From assembly GCA_964411255.1 (NCBI GenBank), contig CAYPKD010000004.1, forward strand, positions 94,037-158,036: DNA of 64,000 nt. Reading direction: 5' to 3'. Numbering within the stretch: position 1 is the first letter of the stretch; the number at the start of each line of letters is the position of its first letter. Shown one piece after another: positions 28,468 to 37,365 of this stretch. The notes beneath the pieces were generated by a model. That model did not search any database. It saw nothing but the letters and a program-made list of their open reading frames with translations, and was not told where the DNA came from. Origin of the DNA: an uncultured Gammaproteobacteria bacterium (GTDB lineage: Bacteria > Patescibacteriota > Patescibacteriia > UBA11705 > DATKZF01). The position numbers and the translations under genes are program-made.

Positions 28468-29496
28468 ATGTATAACACCATAGATACAATCAATACACTG
28501 ACTTGCAAAATAAATCATCCTGTTAAATTGATGGAACTTTGCGGCACGCATTCGCAAACCGTGGCCAAATACAATTTAAAAAGCTTGCTGCCGCAAAATA
28601 TTGAATTAATCTCCGGCCCTGGCTGCCCTATTTGCGTCACTGATCAAACTGATATTGATATTGTAATTAGCCTGGCAGAAAATAATATTCCAATTGCCAT
28701 TTATGGTGATGCTTTAACATTGCCAGGCACAAATTCCAGTCTTGAAAAGTTAAAGCAGCAAGGTAAAAAAATCCATATTGTTTATTCAACTCAAGATGCA
28801 TTAAATATTCAAAAACAAGAACCAGACTTGATTTTCTTTGGAATTGGATTTGAGACAACCACTCCAATGACAGCTTGGGCACTCAAGCAAGGTCTTAAGG
28901 TTTATTCAGCACATAAACTTTTTCCACCAGCAATGGCAGCGCTTTTACAAAATCCTGATATCCAAATCGACGGATTTATTGATCCGGGTCATGTTTCTGC
29001 AATAATTGGAGAAAAGCCTTATAAACAATTTAATGTTCCTCAAGTTATATCCGGATTTGAGCCTGAGGATGTATTAATTTCAATTCAAATGCTGCTGGAA
29101 ATGATTTTGAAAAATAAAAATGAACTTAAAAACCAATACACACGAGTTGTAAAGCCAGATGGAAACATTGAAGCCAAAAAAATCATTGAAGAAGTTTTTG
29201 AAATTTCAGATGCCAAATGGCGCGGACTTGGCAACATTCCAAACTCCGGATTAAAAATAAAAACTAAATTTCAAAATCAGGATGCGGAATATATTCATAA
29301 AGATTTAATTGAAAAAATAAAACAAAACATTGAACCAAAACAAAATAAATGCATTTGTGGTAAAATACTGCAAGGATTGGCAAAACCTGGTGATTGCCCT
29401 CTATTTGCCAAGTCTTGCACACCGGAAAATCCTCAGGGAGCGTGCATGGTTTCAGTTGAAGGGAATTGCCAGATTGAGTACAGGTTTAATAACTAA
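28468..29496 (+). CDS. hypD: hydrogenase maturation factor HypD
   Basis: 'CGTHSQ', 'GPGCPICV', 'FFGIGFETTTP', 'PGHVSAIIG', and C-terminal 'CICG...CPLF...C...GACM' Fe-S cysteine motifs typical of HypD. Confidence 0.85.
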   Translation: MYNTIDTINTLTCKINHPVKLMELCGTHSQTVAKYNLKSLLPQNIELISGPGCPICVTDQTDIDIVISLAENNIPIAIYGDALTLPGTNSSLEKLKQQGKKIHIVYSTQDALNIQKQEPDLIFFGIGFETTTPMTAWALKQGLKVYSAHKLFPPAMAALLQNPDIQIDGFIDPGHVSAIIGEKPYKQFNVPQVISGFEPEDVLISIQMLLEMILKNKNELKNQYTRVVKPDGNIEAKKIIEEVFEISDAKWRGLGNIPNSGLKIKTKFQNQDAEYIHKDLIEKIKQNIEPKQNKCICGKILQGLAKPGDCPLFAKSCTPENPQGACMVSVEGNCQIEYRFNN

Positions 29497-29501
29497 TTTG
29501 G

Positions 29502-29540
29502 GGGAGGCTGGAAGCTGGGTGTAGGTTTAGAAGCTAGAAT
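29502..29540. repeat. left inverted repeat flanking four-helix-bundle cassette 2
   Basis: gggaggctggaagctgggtgtaggtttagaagctaga pairs with the reverse complement of 30035..30071 (gggatgctggaagctaggtatgggtgtggatgctaga), ~30 of 37 identical; an extra inner copy ctccagcttccagcc sits at 29968..29982. Confidence 0.7.
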
Positions 29541-29547
29541 ATACAAT

Positions 29548-29958
29548 ATGAACAATAACAAACAACCAATTAAAAGCTTTGATGACTTATGGGTTTATAC
29601 TGAAAGTTATAATGCCTCAATTATTATCTTCTCAGAAATTCTTCCAAAATTACCAGCTGAAGAAAAATTCGATTTAAAGGATCAAATACGAAGGGCCTAC
29701 AAAGCAGTTCCACGATTGATTGCCGAGGGATATGCTAAAAGACATCAAAAGGCAGGGTTTCAAAAATACTTGGACGATGCTAACGCAGAATCCAATGAAA
29801 TGATTGTTTGCTTACGGCAATGCAGGGACTTGTATAGTGAATTTATTGATAAAGATATATGTAAAAAACTTATAGAAATCTACACAAAATGCAGCAAAGG
29901 ACTCTGCAGCCTTTCCAAAACCTGGATGAGTTTTTCTAAACTTCCCCCAAAAAAATAA
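29548..29958 (+). CDS. four-helix-bundle protein (23S rRNA IVS / Avd family), second copy
   Basis: 'DQIRRAYKAVPRLIAEGYAKRH' matches the family core (RAA-SIP-NIAEG-GR); 136 aa. Confidence 0.65.
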   Translation: MNNNKQPIKSFDDLWVYTESYNASIIIFSEILPKLPAEEKFDLKDQIRRAYKAVPRLIAEGYAKRHQKAGFQKYLDDANAESNEMIVCLRQCRDLYSEFIDKDICKKLIEIYTKCSKGLCSLSKTWMSFSKLPPKK

Positions 29959-30034
29959 TATTTCTAACTCCAGCTTCCAGCCTTCGTCAAGACTTCGGCC
30001 GGCAGGCCAAATCCACAATTCGCTTCTAAAAAAA

Positions 30035-30071
30035 TCTAGCATCCACACCCATACCTAGCTTCCAGCATCCC
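30035..30071. repeat. right inverted repeat flanking four-helix-bundle cassette 2
   Basis: See 29502..29540. Confidence 0.7.
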
Positions 30072-30097
30072 AACGAATAAATTAATCTATCTTAAAT

Positions 30098-31066
30098 ATG
30101 ATTGAATTAGAACACGGTGGCGGTGGTTATAAAAACAACCAACTAATAAAAGAACTCCGCCAAATCATTAATTTAAAAACAGACTGGACAAACATTGAAG
30201 ATGATGCAGCAATTTATGATCTTGGTGATAAAAAATTGGTTTTTACAACTGATGCTTTTATAGTTGATCCGATTTTCTTTCCAGGAGGAGATATTGGAAA
30301 AATTGCAGTTTGCGGGACCATTAATGATCTTGTTGTGATGGGAACAAAGCCATTGGGATTATCTTTAAGTATTGTAATCGAAGAAGGTTTTGCTAAAAAA
30401 GATCTTTTCAAAATAGCTGAATCCATTGATAAAATTTCAAAACAAACTAATATTCCAATTGTAACTGGTGATACAAAAGTAATTGATAAAGGAAAACTTG
30501 ATAAAATTGAAATAACCACAGCTGGAGTTGGCGTAACTGAAAAAGTAATTGACAATGGTGGTGCAAAAATTGGCGACAATATTATAACTTCCGGAGATTT
30601 AGGCGAGCATGGCGTTACTTTACTCGCCTATCGATTTGATTATCAAACTGATATAAAAAGCGACTGCAAAGCTTTATGGGAAGAATTTCAGGCAGTTGGG
30701 CCTTTATTAAACGCAGCCAAAGATCCAACTCGCGGCGGAGTGGCAGCAAATATAAATGAAATTGCAGAAAAGTCAAAAGTAAAAATTGTTTTAGACGAAA
30801 ATAAACTACCGTATAAAAAAGACGTAATTGCTTTAACGGAACTTTTAGGTATTGAATTATTTAATTTACCATCAGAAGGCCGCTTTATTGCAGCAGTTAG
30901 TGAGGAGAACACTGATGAAGCATTAAAAAAACTTCAGGAATTTAATCCTGAAGCTAAAGTGATAGGAAAATGCGTTCAAGGTGATGGCGTATTTTTGAAG
31001 ACCAAACTTGGTTCTGAGAGAAGGATTGAGGAGCCAAAGGGTAAATTGATACCGAGGATTTGCTAA
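30098..31066 (+). CDS. hypE: hydrogenase maturation factor HypE (carbamoyl dehydratase, AIR-synthase-related)
   Basis: N-terminus 'IELEHGGGGYKN', 'FTTDAFIVDPIFFPGGDIGKIAVCGTINDLVVMG', and C-terminal 'PRIC' ending with the thiocyanate-carrying Cys. Confidence 0.85.
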   Translation: MIELEHGGGGYKNNQLIKELRQIINLKTDWTNIEDDAAIYDLGDKKLVFTTDAFIVDPIFFPGGDIGKIAVCGTINDLVVMGTKPLGLSLSIVIEEGFAKKDLFKIAESIDKISKQTNIPIVTGDTKVIDKGKLDKIEITTAGVGVTEKVIDNGGAKIGDNIITSGDLGEHGVTLLAYRFDYQTDIKSDCKALWEEFQAVGPLLNAAKDPTRGGVAANINEIAEKSKVKIVLDENKLPYKKDVIALTELLGIELFNLPSEGRFIAAVSEENTDEALKKLQEFNPEAKVIGKCVQGDGVFLKTKLGSERRIEEPKGKLIPRIC

Positions 31067-31127
31067 AAGAAATAAATCATGCTATATTAAAACGAAAAAT
31101 ATTTATTAATAAAAATTTTTATATTTT

Positions 31128-32033
31128 ATGTTTTGTAAAAATTGCGGCACCAAAATAGAAAATAATTCAAAATTTTGTACTAATTGCGGTGCTCCTACAT
31201 CTAATACACATAATCGAGGAAATGAAACCTTAAAAACTAAAAAGTCAACTACCACAACTGCTAAAAAACAATCCTCATTAATTGGAAAAATTGTCACCGT
31301 TTTTTTAATTCTTACTGTGGTTGGAGTTGGTGTCTACCTTAGCTTAGATGAGGATTCAATAGAAAAAAATAATGAAGGCTTAACAAGCTTTGATTCTGGT
31401 GATAGTCAAACTGCTATCAATCAATTGCAAGAGGCGAAAGGAGAGGCTATTACCAATGAAAATAAAATCAATACTCTCAAGAATCTCGGTTATGTATATT
31501 CATCAGAAGAACAAAACTTGGAGGCGCTAAAATCATTTAAAGAAGCTCTAAATTTAACAAAAAATCATAGCTTTGATTATTACCTAATATCCGGAGAGAT
31601 AGCTGAGCTTGAAAACAATCCAACCCTGGCTGTACAAAATTACAATAAAGCCTATGAAATAGATCCAAATGATTTTCAGGTCAATAATTCTCTTGCTTTA
31701 TTTTACCTTGACCTTGACGAAATTGCTCCACAATATGTTGATTATCCAAAGGCATTATCATATGCAAAAAAAGCATACGAATACGATTTAGAAAAACAAG
31801 AAACAATCAAACAAAACCTTGCGATCGCACATTATTTTAATAATAACTTTAATCAAACTATTTCATTGTTATCAACCTCAAACTACACCCAACATCCATA
31901 TGCTGCTTTCTGGCTAGGTCTCGCTTATTTAGAAAAGGAAGATGATTTAAACGCAAAATTTTATTTACAAAAAGCTGTAAACGGAGGCGCTGAAGTCCCT
32001 CAATTAATCCATGATTATTTAAATAATGATTAA
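31128..32033 (+). CDS. zinc-ribbon / TM / TPR-repeat protein
   Basis: 'FCKNCGTKIENNSKFCTNCG' zinc ribbon, one TM helix, then TPR-like repeats (…AYEIDPND…, …LGLAYLEKED…). Confidence 0.55.
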   Translation: MFCKNCGTKIENNSKFCTNCGAPTSNTHNRGNETLKTKKSTTTTAKKQSSLIGKIVTVFLILTVVGVGVYLSLDEDSIEKNNEGLTSFDSGDSQTAINQLQEAKGEAITNENKINTLKNLGYVYSSEEQNLEALKSFKEALNLTKNHSFDYYLISGEIAELENNPTLAVQNYNKAYEIDPNDFQVNNSLALFYLDLDEIAPQYVDYPKALSYAKKAYEYDLEKQETIKQNLAIAHYFNNNFNQTISLLSTSNYTQHPYAAFWLGLAYLEKEDDLNAKFYLQKAVNGGAEVPQLIHDYLNND

Positions 32034-32101
32034 ACACAATAAAAAAATAGAAAAATAGTACACTTCATCTTGTTTAAAAAGTCTTTTTTTACTATTTAAT
32101 T

Positions 32102-32815
32102 ATGTCAAACTACACGAACCTTTTCCAGCAATTCATTGCTCACACTAATGAAAAAGAAACGTTAAAAAATGAACTTAGTATATTATTAAAAAATCACAAA
32201 TTTGATTCTCTTTTAGATATTGGCTGTGGAACTGGGGCAATAATTGAGCAAATAATTCCGAATTTTAAAAAAATATCCTTACTTGATATTGAAGACAGAT
32301 TAAAGGATGATATTAAAAATAATCCAAAAGTAGAATTTATTCAAAAAGATTTTCTACAATTTGAAACTGATAAAAAATTTGATGTCATTTTAGCTGCTTA
32401 TGTTTTATGGGAGATCCCTTACAAAGAATGGGACGCTTTTTTTGAAAATACCCAAAATTTACTCCAACCCAACGGAATAATGGTTATAATTGATGAATAT
32501 TCAGAAAATAAATATGACAATCCTTTTTTCAATTTTAATACAAATATCCAGCCATACAATGATTACCCTGGCTTATCAGAATTTTTATCAAAAAAAGGGT
32601 TTGATTACAAAATAAAAAAATTCAAATCCCAAATATTTGCTAAAGATGAATTAGAAATGTATGAAGTATTAAAATTCTTTTTCCAATTACCTAAACAAAG
32701 AGATTTTTATCAGAAAAGCAAGCAACAAATCATCAATAATCTTAAAACAAAATGTAATAATACTGGATGTATCATAAACATGCAGCATATTATTTATAAA
32801 ATAAAACTCCAATAA
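32102..32815 (+). CDS. class I SAM-dependent methyltransferase
   Basis: Motif I 'LLDIGCGTGAI' and motif II 'FDVILAAYVL'. Confidence 0.6.
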   Translation: MSNYTNLFQQFIAHTNEKETLKNELSILLKNHKFDSLLDIGCGTGAIIEQIIPNFKKISLLDIEDRLKDDIKNNPKVEFIQKDFLQFETDKKFDVILAAYVLWEIPYKEWDAFFENTQNLLQPNGIMVIIDEYSENKYDNPFFNFNTNIQPYNDYPGLSEFLSKKGFDYKIKKFKSQIFAKDELEMYEVLKFFFQLPKQRDFYQKSKQQIINNLKTKCNNTGCIINMQHIIYKIKLQ

Positions 32816-32816
32816 T

Positions 32817-33542
32817 ATGAGAAACAAAATTTTCATTCTAATCATTATAATTTTACTGATAATTATTGCAGGCGGCGCATATTATTATTTTTATAAATTC
32901 AAACCTTCACAAACCATTCAAGAACAACCAATAACTGAAGAATCAGCTACAGAACAGCAAGAAGAACCCACTCAAGTAACTCAAAAGCAGGATCCAAGCA
33001 GTATTTTAGATTATTACAACATTATCCCAGCAGATTATATTGGTGAAGCAATAGACATGGAAATTGATGGAGTTTATTATGATCGAAGTAAGTTTATTGA
33101 AATTTTAGATGAAAAAAATTACTATATTCGCCTCTCAGCAAAGCCAGCCAATTTAGTGCGAGGCGGAGGCATATCCTATACTGATTTTACTTTATTTTTA
33201 GGAAAAAACGCACCAGACACTTTAGCCATAGCAAATACAACATGCGTTTCAATTGGATGTTTAATAAATGATTTGTATTTTTTGCAATATAAAAATGAAC
33301 AATGGATTGACATGCAAGATTCAGTTTTTCCAAAATTAGATGAGGATTTTATAAAAGAAAAAGCAGAAAGCGCAGTAATGAATAAATTCGGCAATCTGGG
33401 AGATGAGCCAGAATCTGTGCCAGTAACACTTTTTATTTTGCCGAGATACGGCACGACAATTTTATTAAAAGAAGAAAAAACAGATACTGTAATTTATAAT
33501 CTTCAGTGGAATGGAAAAAGCTTTGATGCCTATAAACAATAA
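32817..33542 (+). CDS. membrane-anchored hypothetical protein
   Basis: N-terminal TM helix, acidic linker, 241 aa; starts 2 nt after the MTase stop. Confidence 0.45.
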   Translation: MRNKIFILIIIILLIIIAGGAYYYFYKFKPSQTIQEQPITEESATEQQEEPTQVTQKQDPSSILDYYNIIPADYIGEAIDMEIDGVYYDRSKFIEILDEKNYYIRLSAKPANLVRGGGISYTDFTLFLGKNAPDTLAIANTTCVSIGCLINDLYFLQYKNEQWIDMQDSVFPKLDEDFIKEKAESAVMNKFGNLGDEPESVPVTLFILPRYGTTILLKEEKTDTVIYNLQWNGKSFDAYKQ

Positions 33543-33590
33543 CCGAAAATTCTCATTACAATAAAAAAACTCCAAGAATTTATCCTGAAG

Positions 33591-33884
33591 CTATGATGCT
33601 CTCTCCTCAACTTTTTTCTCCTGAACTTTCATCATATTCAAAGACCTGACCATACCCACAACAAGCATTAAACAGCCCATATTTAGTAAAAATACACACA
33701 GAATAACCAGCCTGGGTACCAATGCTGATTCAATAGAATGTTCGATATGATTTAAATATGCTAGGGTAAATATACTTCCCAAAACAAGAACAGGACCGAA
33801 GACAACCATAAATGCATTTAAAAATTTCTTCATTTGATCACCTCCTCGAAATCCAGTAAGATATATGACATTATAATCATACAA
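33591..33884 (-). CDS. small membrane protein, hypothetical
   Basis: 97 aa; three hydrophobic helices. Confidence 0.35.
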   Translation of the reverse strand: MYDYNVIYLTGFRGGDQMKKFLNAFMVVFGPVLVLGSIFTLAYLNHIEHSIESALVPRLVILCVFLLNMGCLMLVVGMVRSLNMMKVQEKKVEERAS

Positions 33885-33968
33885 ATTCGGAATGTCAAAA
33901 TAATATTGACAAAATTACTAGCAGATGTTATTATATAAAATCGTTCTTTATAAACCCAGGAGGCAATC

Positions 33969-34259
33969 ATGGCAGAATCCTTTTATCCTTATGCATGCCT
34001 AATTTTAGTCATTTTTCTTTGGGTACTTATTTGGATGGCAAAAGCTATTCATAAAAAAGAAAAACATCTTTTTGGAGGATCTATTATTTTAACAATAGCA
34101 ACCATTGCAATTCTGATTTTGTTTGGATACAAAGATGCTATTGATTGTGTTTATATGGCAATTTTCATGTCTCTTAGTTTTATGACTGCTTGCATTGGTA
34201 TTGTTCTAACCAGTGCTGGCTTACTTATTGTTTGCACGCAAACAAACCTAAAATCCTGA
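33969..34259 (+). CDS. small 3-TM membrane protein (tandem paralog A)
   Basis: TTGACA-17-TATTAT promoter at 33907-33935; RBS aggagg; paralogous to 34276..34581 ('IWMAKAIHKKEKHLFGG' vs 'IWLAWIIHKNEIHFLGG'). Confidence 0.5.
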   Translation: MAESFYPYACLILVIFLWVLIWMAKAIHKKEKHLFGGSIILTIATIAILILFGYKDAIDCVYMAIFMSLSFMTACIGIVLTSAGLLIVCTQTNLKS

Positions 34260-34275
34260 AACAAAGGAGGAAATC

Positions 34276-34581
34276 ATGGAAAATCCTGTACATCATGTAT
34301 TGATATTAACTTTGCTAGCCAATGCTATTGTGTGGTGCGTAATCTGGCTGGCCTGGATAATTCATAAAAATGAAATACATTTTTTAGGTGGAGGTATACT
34401 GGTAATAATTGGAACAGCCGGACTAATAATTATGAATGAAATCAGCCACCTGATGGATCCTGCTTATTGCTCCATAGAAGCAACAGGCTTTCTGCTTTCA
34501 ACACAAGGTATGATATTAGCTGCAATAGGATTTATTAAGGAATTAAAGAGGGCAATGAATAAATTTAGACCGCAATCATAA
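34276..34581 (+). CDS. small 3-TM membrane protein (tandem paralog B)
   Basis: RBS aaggagg; paralog of 33969..34259; terminator accgca-atcataaa-tgcggt+TTTTTT at 34569..34594. Confidence 0.5.
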   Translation: MENPVHHVLILTLLANAIVWCVIWLAWIIHKNEIHFLGGGILVIIGTAGLIIMNEISHLMDPAYCSIEATGFLLSTQGMILAAIGFIKELKRAMNKFRPQS

Positions 34582-34664
34582 ATGCGGTTTTTTGTTATTG
34601 ACAAATTATTTTAATAATGATATAATAAATTATTGATATTTCAACTTGCCTAAGGGAGGTAATA

Positions 34665-35090
34665 ATGTCTGCGCAACAACAAGCAGTAGAAAGAAATGTT
34701 AGACTATTTCTTGATGGATTTGATCAAACTCGTCTAGATGTATTTAACACAACCGCCCAGGCAGTTGTTCAGGCTCTTAAACAGCCAGTCAAAAATCCAA
34801 GGCAATGGGACAAGCTGTTCAATATGCTCACTGGCTATCTTGAAAAATTCCTAGGTGAGCTTATTACAGATTCCCTTCATTTTCCCATGGAATTTTACGA
34901 TAATACATATATTGAAACTAGAGGTCAATTTTATATGGCTATAGAAGAGCTGGCAGAATCTCTAAGGGAAATCCTTGTTGTAAAAACAAAGGGAAACTGC
35001 TCAATGTTAGGACCTCACATGTATGATGGACTTAATATAGAAGCCTTTAATAAGGTGATGCAATACATTAGTCAACTAAAAAACTCATAG
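34665..35090 (+). CDS. hypothetical protein
   Basis: TTGACA-17-TATAAT promoter at 34598-34626; RBS gggagg; terminator aaccgcat-taaaat-atgcggtt+TTTTT at 35094..35120. Confidence 0.5.
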   Translation: MSAQQQAVERNVRLFLDGFDQTRLDVFNTTAQAVVQALKQPVKNPRQWDKLFNMLTGYLEKFLGELITDSLHFPMEFYDNTYIETRGQFYMAIEELAESLREILVVKTKGNCSMLGPHMYDGLNIEAFNKVMQYISQLKNS

Positions 35091-35143
35091 TACAACCGCA
35101 TTAAAATATGCGGTTTTTTGATCCCTGATTTTCAGGTAACAAC

Positions 35144-36337
35144 CTAGAACTTTTCATTTCTCAAGCAATACATCATCTGCCCCAAACTCAATCCATAATC
35201 TCCCCTCTCAATATTTTTAGACATAATTACTCCATTGTTTTTCGCAACTTGACTCATAATCTTATTATTTGCCATTCCTCCTCCAAAATATATTGGTAAA
35301 TTTGAATCAGCTTTTTTCGCAATATTAATTAGCCCTTCAATAACATATTTTTGAACAGTAGCTGCCAGTCTTCCCTTATCCTTATCCAAATTATCCAAAA
35401 GCCATTCAAAAAGATAAGAGATATTTAACTCATATTGTTTTTCAATTTCTCTGTTTCTCTGTTTCTCTGTCTTTGTGTTTTTCTGCTCTTCTGTTTCTCT
35501 GTCTTTGTGTTTTTCTGTTATCCTAGGCTCTAAATCAAACGGATCTGCTGATTTCTTCTCCAGTAAATCAACGGGCTCATGTTTATAATTTCTTTCATTT
35601 TTACAAAGGCCAAGTAAAACTGAGGCTGCATCCAGTATTCTTCCAGTACTACTAGTTTCTACTGAATTAAATTTTTGTTCGTACATTTTTACAAATAAAT
35701 CAAACTCCTCCTTTTTAAAAAACTTTTCAAAAATCGACCGTATTTCAGCCGGCTTTTTTATTTTTAAAAGTATTGAAAGAAGCATTCTGGCCGGCTCTTT
35801 TATTGATAAATCCGCACCGCATAATAATTGATTTTCCAAATGCCCAATTCTTTTTATTTTATCTTTGCTTTTTTCTTTTTGATTTTGACTGATAAGGAAC
35901 ACTTCACCTCCCCAAATCTTTCCATCAAGACCATACCCTGTACCGTCTGCTGCTATACCTATAAACTTGGAGAAGCTGAGTGTGGGTATAGAAGCTAGAA
36001 TAGTGTAATCAAATAATACTGAATAAACATGCGCAATGTGATGTTGTACTTTTTCAAGCTTTGCGTCATATTTATCAGCTAATTCTTCTCCCAATTTTGA
36101 GGTTTTATATTCTGGATGCAGATCAACACATATTATATCTGGAACAAAACTATTTTTTTCCAAAAATTCAAATATAATCTTTTTATAATTTTCAAAATTA
36201 TTTTCTTCAATCAAATCACCTAGATCTTCTTGGTAATAAATCTTTCCTTTATTATAAACACAAAAATTCCCAGCTGACTCAGGTCCTAAGGCTAGGATTT
36301 TTTGATTCTTATTAATCGTCACGTCAAACCCTTTCAT
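35144..36337 (-). CDS. HypF-like carbamoyltransferase, Kae1/TsaD-like domain only (no acylphosphatase, Zn-finger or YrdC domains)
   Basis: 'VQHHIAHVYSV' (the HHxAH metal motif of the HypF Kae1-like domain), 'IGIAADGTGYG', 'GGGMANNKIM...GDYGLSLGQMMY'. Contains a charged low-complexity insert encoded by a tandem DNA repeat. Confidence 0.6.
   Translation of the reverse strand: MKGFDVTINKNQKILALGPESAGNFCVYNKGKIYYQEDLGDLIEENNFENYKKIIFEFLEKNSFVPDIICVDLHPEYKTSKLGEELADKYDAKLEKVQHHIAHVYSVLFDYTILASIPTLSFSKFIGIAADGTGYGLDGKIWGGEVFLISQNQKEKSKDKIKRIGHLENQLLCGADLSIKEPARMLLSILLKIKKPAEIRSIFEKFFKKEEFDLFVKMYEQKFNSVETSSTGRILDAASVLLGLCKNERNYKHEPVDLLEKKSADPFDLEPRITEKHKDRETEEQKNTKTEKQRNREIEKQYELNISYLFEWLLDNLDKDKGRLAATVQKYVIEGLINIAKKADSNLPIYFGGGMANNKIMSQVAKNNGVIMSKNIERGDYGLSLGQMMYCLRNEKF
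35450..35520. repeat. imperfect ~35-bp tandem repeat x2 inside the hypF-like CDS
   Basis: ttctctgtttctctgtctttgtgtttttctg repeated; encodes 'TEKHKDRETEEQKNTKTEKQRNRE'. Confidence 0.7.
35972..36003. repeat. solo copy of the cassette-2 inverted-repeat motif inside the hypF-like CDS
   Basis: gaagctgagtgtgggtatagaagctagaata versus 29511..29541 gaagctgggtgtaggtttagaagctagaata (28 of 31 identical). Confidence 0.6.
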
Positions 36338-36354
36338 ACTATTTTAATCTTATC

Positions 36355-36392
36355 ATAATTTTTAAAATTTAAAAGGCGCATATAATAAAAAC
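36355..36392 (-). terminator. rho-independent terminator for the histidine kinase gene
   Basis: Minus strand aaggcg-tttttattatatg-cgcctt followed by TTTAAATTTT. Confidence 0.5.
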
Positions 36393-36395
36393 GCC

Positions 36396-37244
36396 TTATT
36401 TTGTGTTTGTTCTTACTGGAAAATAAACGCTAAATGTCGTTCCATAACGGTATATACTATCAACGTCAATCCAGCCTTTATACTTTCTTACCACCTTATC
36501 AACAATTGTCAGTCCAATGCCAGTACCCTTTCTTAATTTTGTCGTATAATACGGATCAAAAATTCTATCAACATTCTCACCCATAATTCCTATTCCCGTG
36601 TCTTCAATTGTAATTAAAACATATCTTTCTGGATTCTCTTGGTCAGGCAGAAAACCAGGCTTATTCTCAGCAATTACTATTTTTGTCATTACCTTAATAA
36701 CATTAGGACGATCATAAGCCCCCAGGGCGTCTCCTTCTTGAATCGCATCATATGCATTTATAAATAGATTCAGCAACATTTGCTGTATATCTACTGGATC
36801 AATCAAAATAGGTGGCAAATCTTCTTGAAAGCTATATTCGAACACAGCCTCAGCATGCAGGCCTTGAATAAGCGCCATTATCTCTTCAATAATTCTATTA
36901 ATATTTACTGGAATCATTGCAGCCGCAGATGGTTTTCCAAAATCCTGAAGTTGTTTTACCAGCGCTACAGTTTGATGATGCGCACATAAAGCTAACTCAC
37001 GCAGGGGGCGATCTTCATTATTATCAGTCTTTAAATCCTCGCTGTCCAGATAAAAACCAACCACAGCAAGTAAATTATTCAGCTGATGAATTACCTGGCT
37101 TGTTAGTTGGCCTAGCCCTTGCAATTGCATGGCTTTGCGCTGTCTTTGTCTGTATGGTTTTTTTTCTAAAGTTTTAAAGGCCTCAGGAGGCTGAGTTACC
37201 TCATGCCTAAATTTATTTTGATCCAATTTATCTTTATCTCCCAC
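36396..37244 (-). CDS. soluble sensor histidine kinase (HisKA + HATPase_c), no TM or sensor domain recognised
   Basis: H-box 'VIHQLNNLLAVV'; 'DTGIGIMGENVDRIFDPYYTTK...GTGIGLTIV' N/G1/F/G2 boxes. Confidence 0.75.
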   Translation of the reverse strand: MGDKDKLDQNKFRHEVTQPPEAFKTLEKKPYRQRQRKAMQLQGLGQLTSQVIHQLNNLLAVVGFYLDSEDLKTDNNEDRPLRELALCAHHQTVALVKQLQDFGKPSAAAMIPVNINRIIEEIMALIQGLHAEAVFEYSFQEDLPPILIDPVDIQQMLLNLFINAYDAIQEGDALGAYDRPNVIKVMTKIVIAENKPGFLPDQENPERYVLITIEDTGIGIMGENVDRIFDPYYTTKLRKGTGIGLTIVDKVVRKYKGWIDVDSIYRYGTTFSVYFPVRTNTK

Positions 37245-37365
37245 ATCCCTCTCCTTTTTGTCTTTTTGTTTTTATTTCAAAAAACTAGTTATATTATAAC
37301 ATTTTTTTATCATCTTCAATGTTACACTGTGGATTAAAAAAACGTTTTTTTGAAAAACGTTTTTA

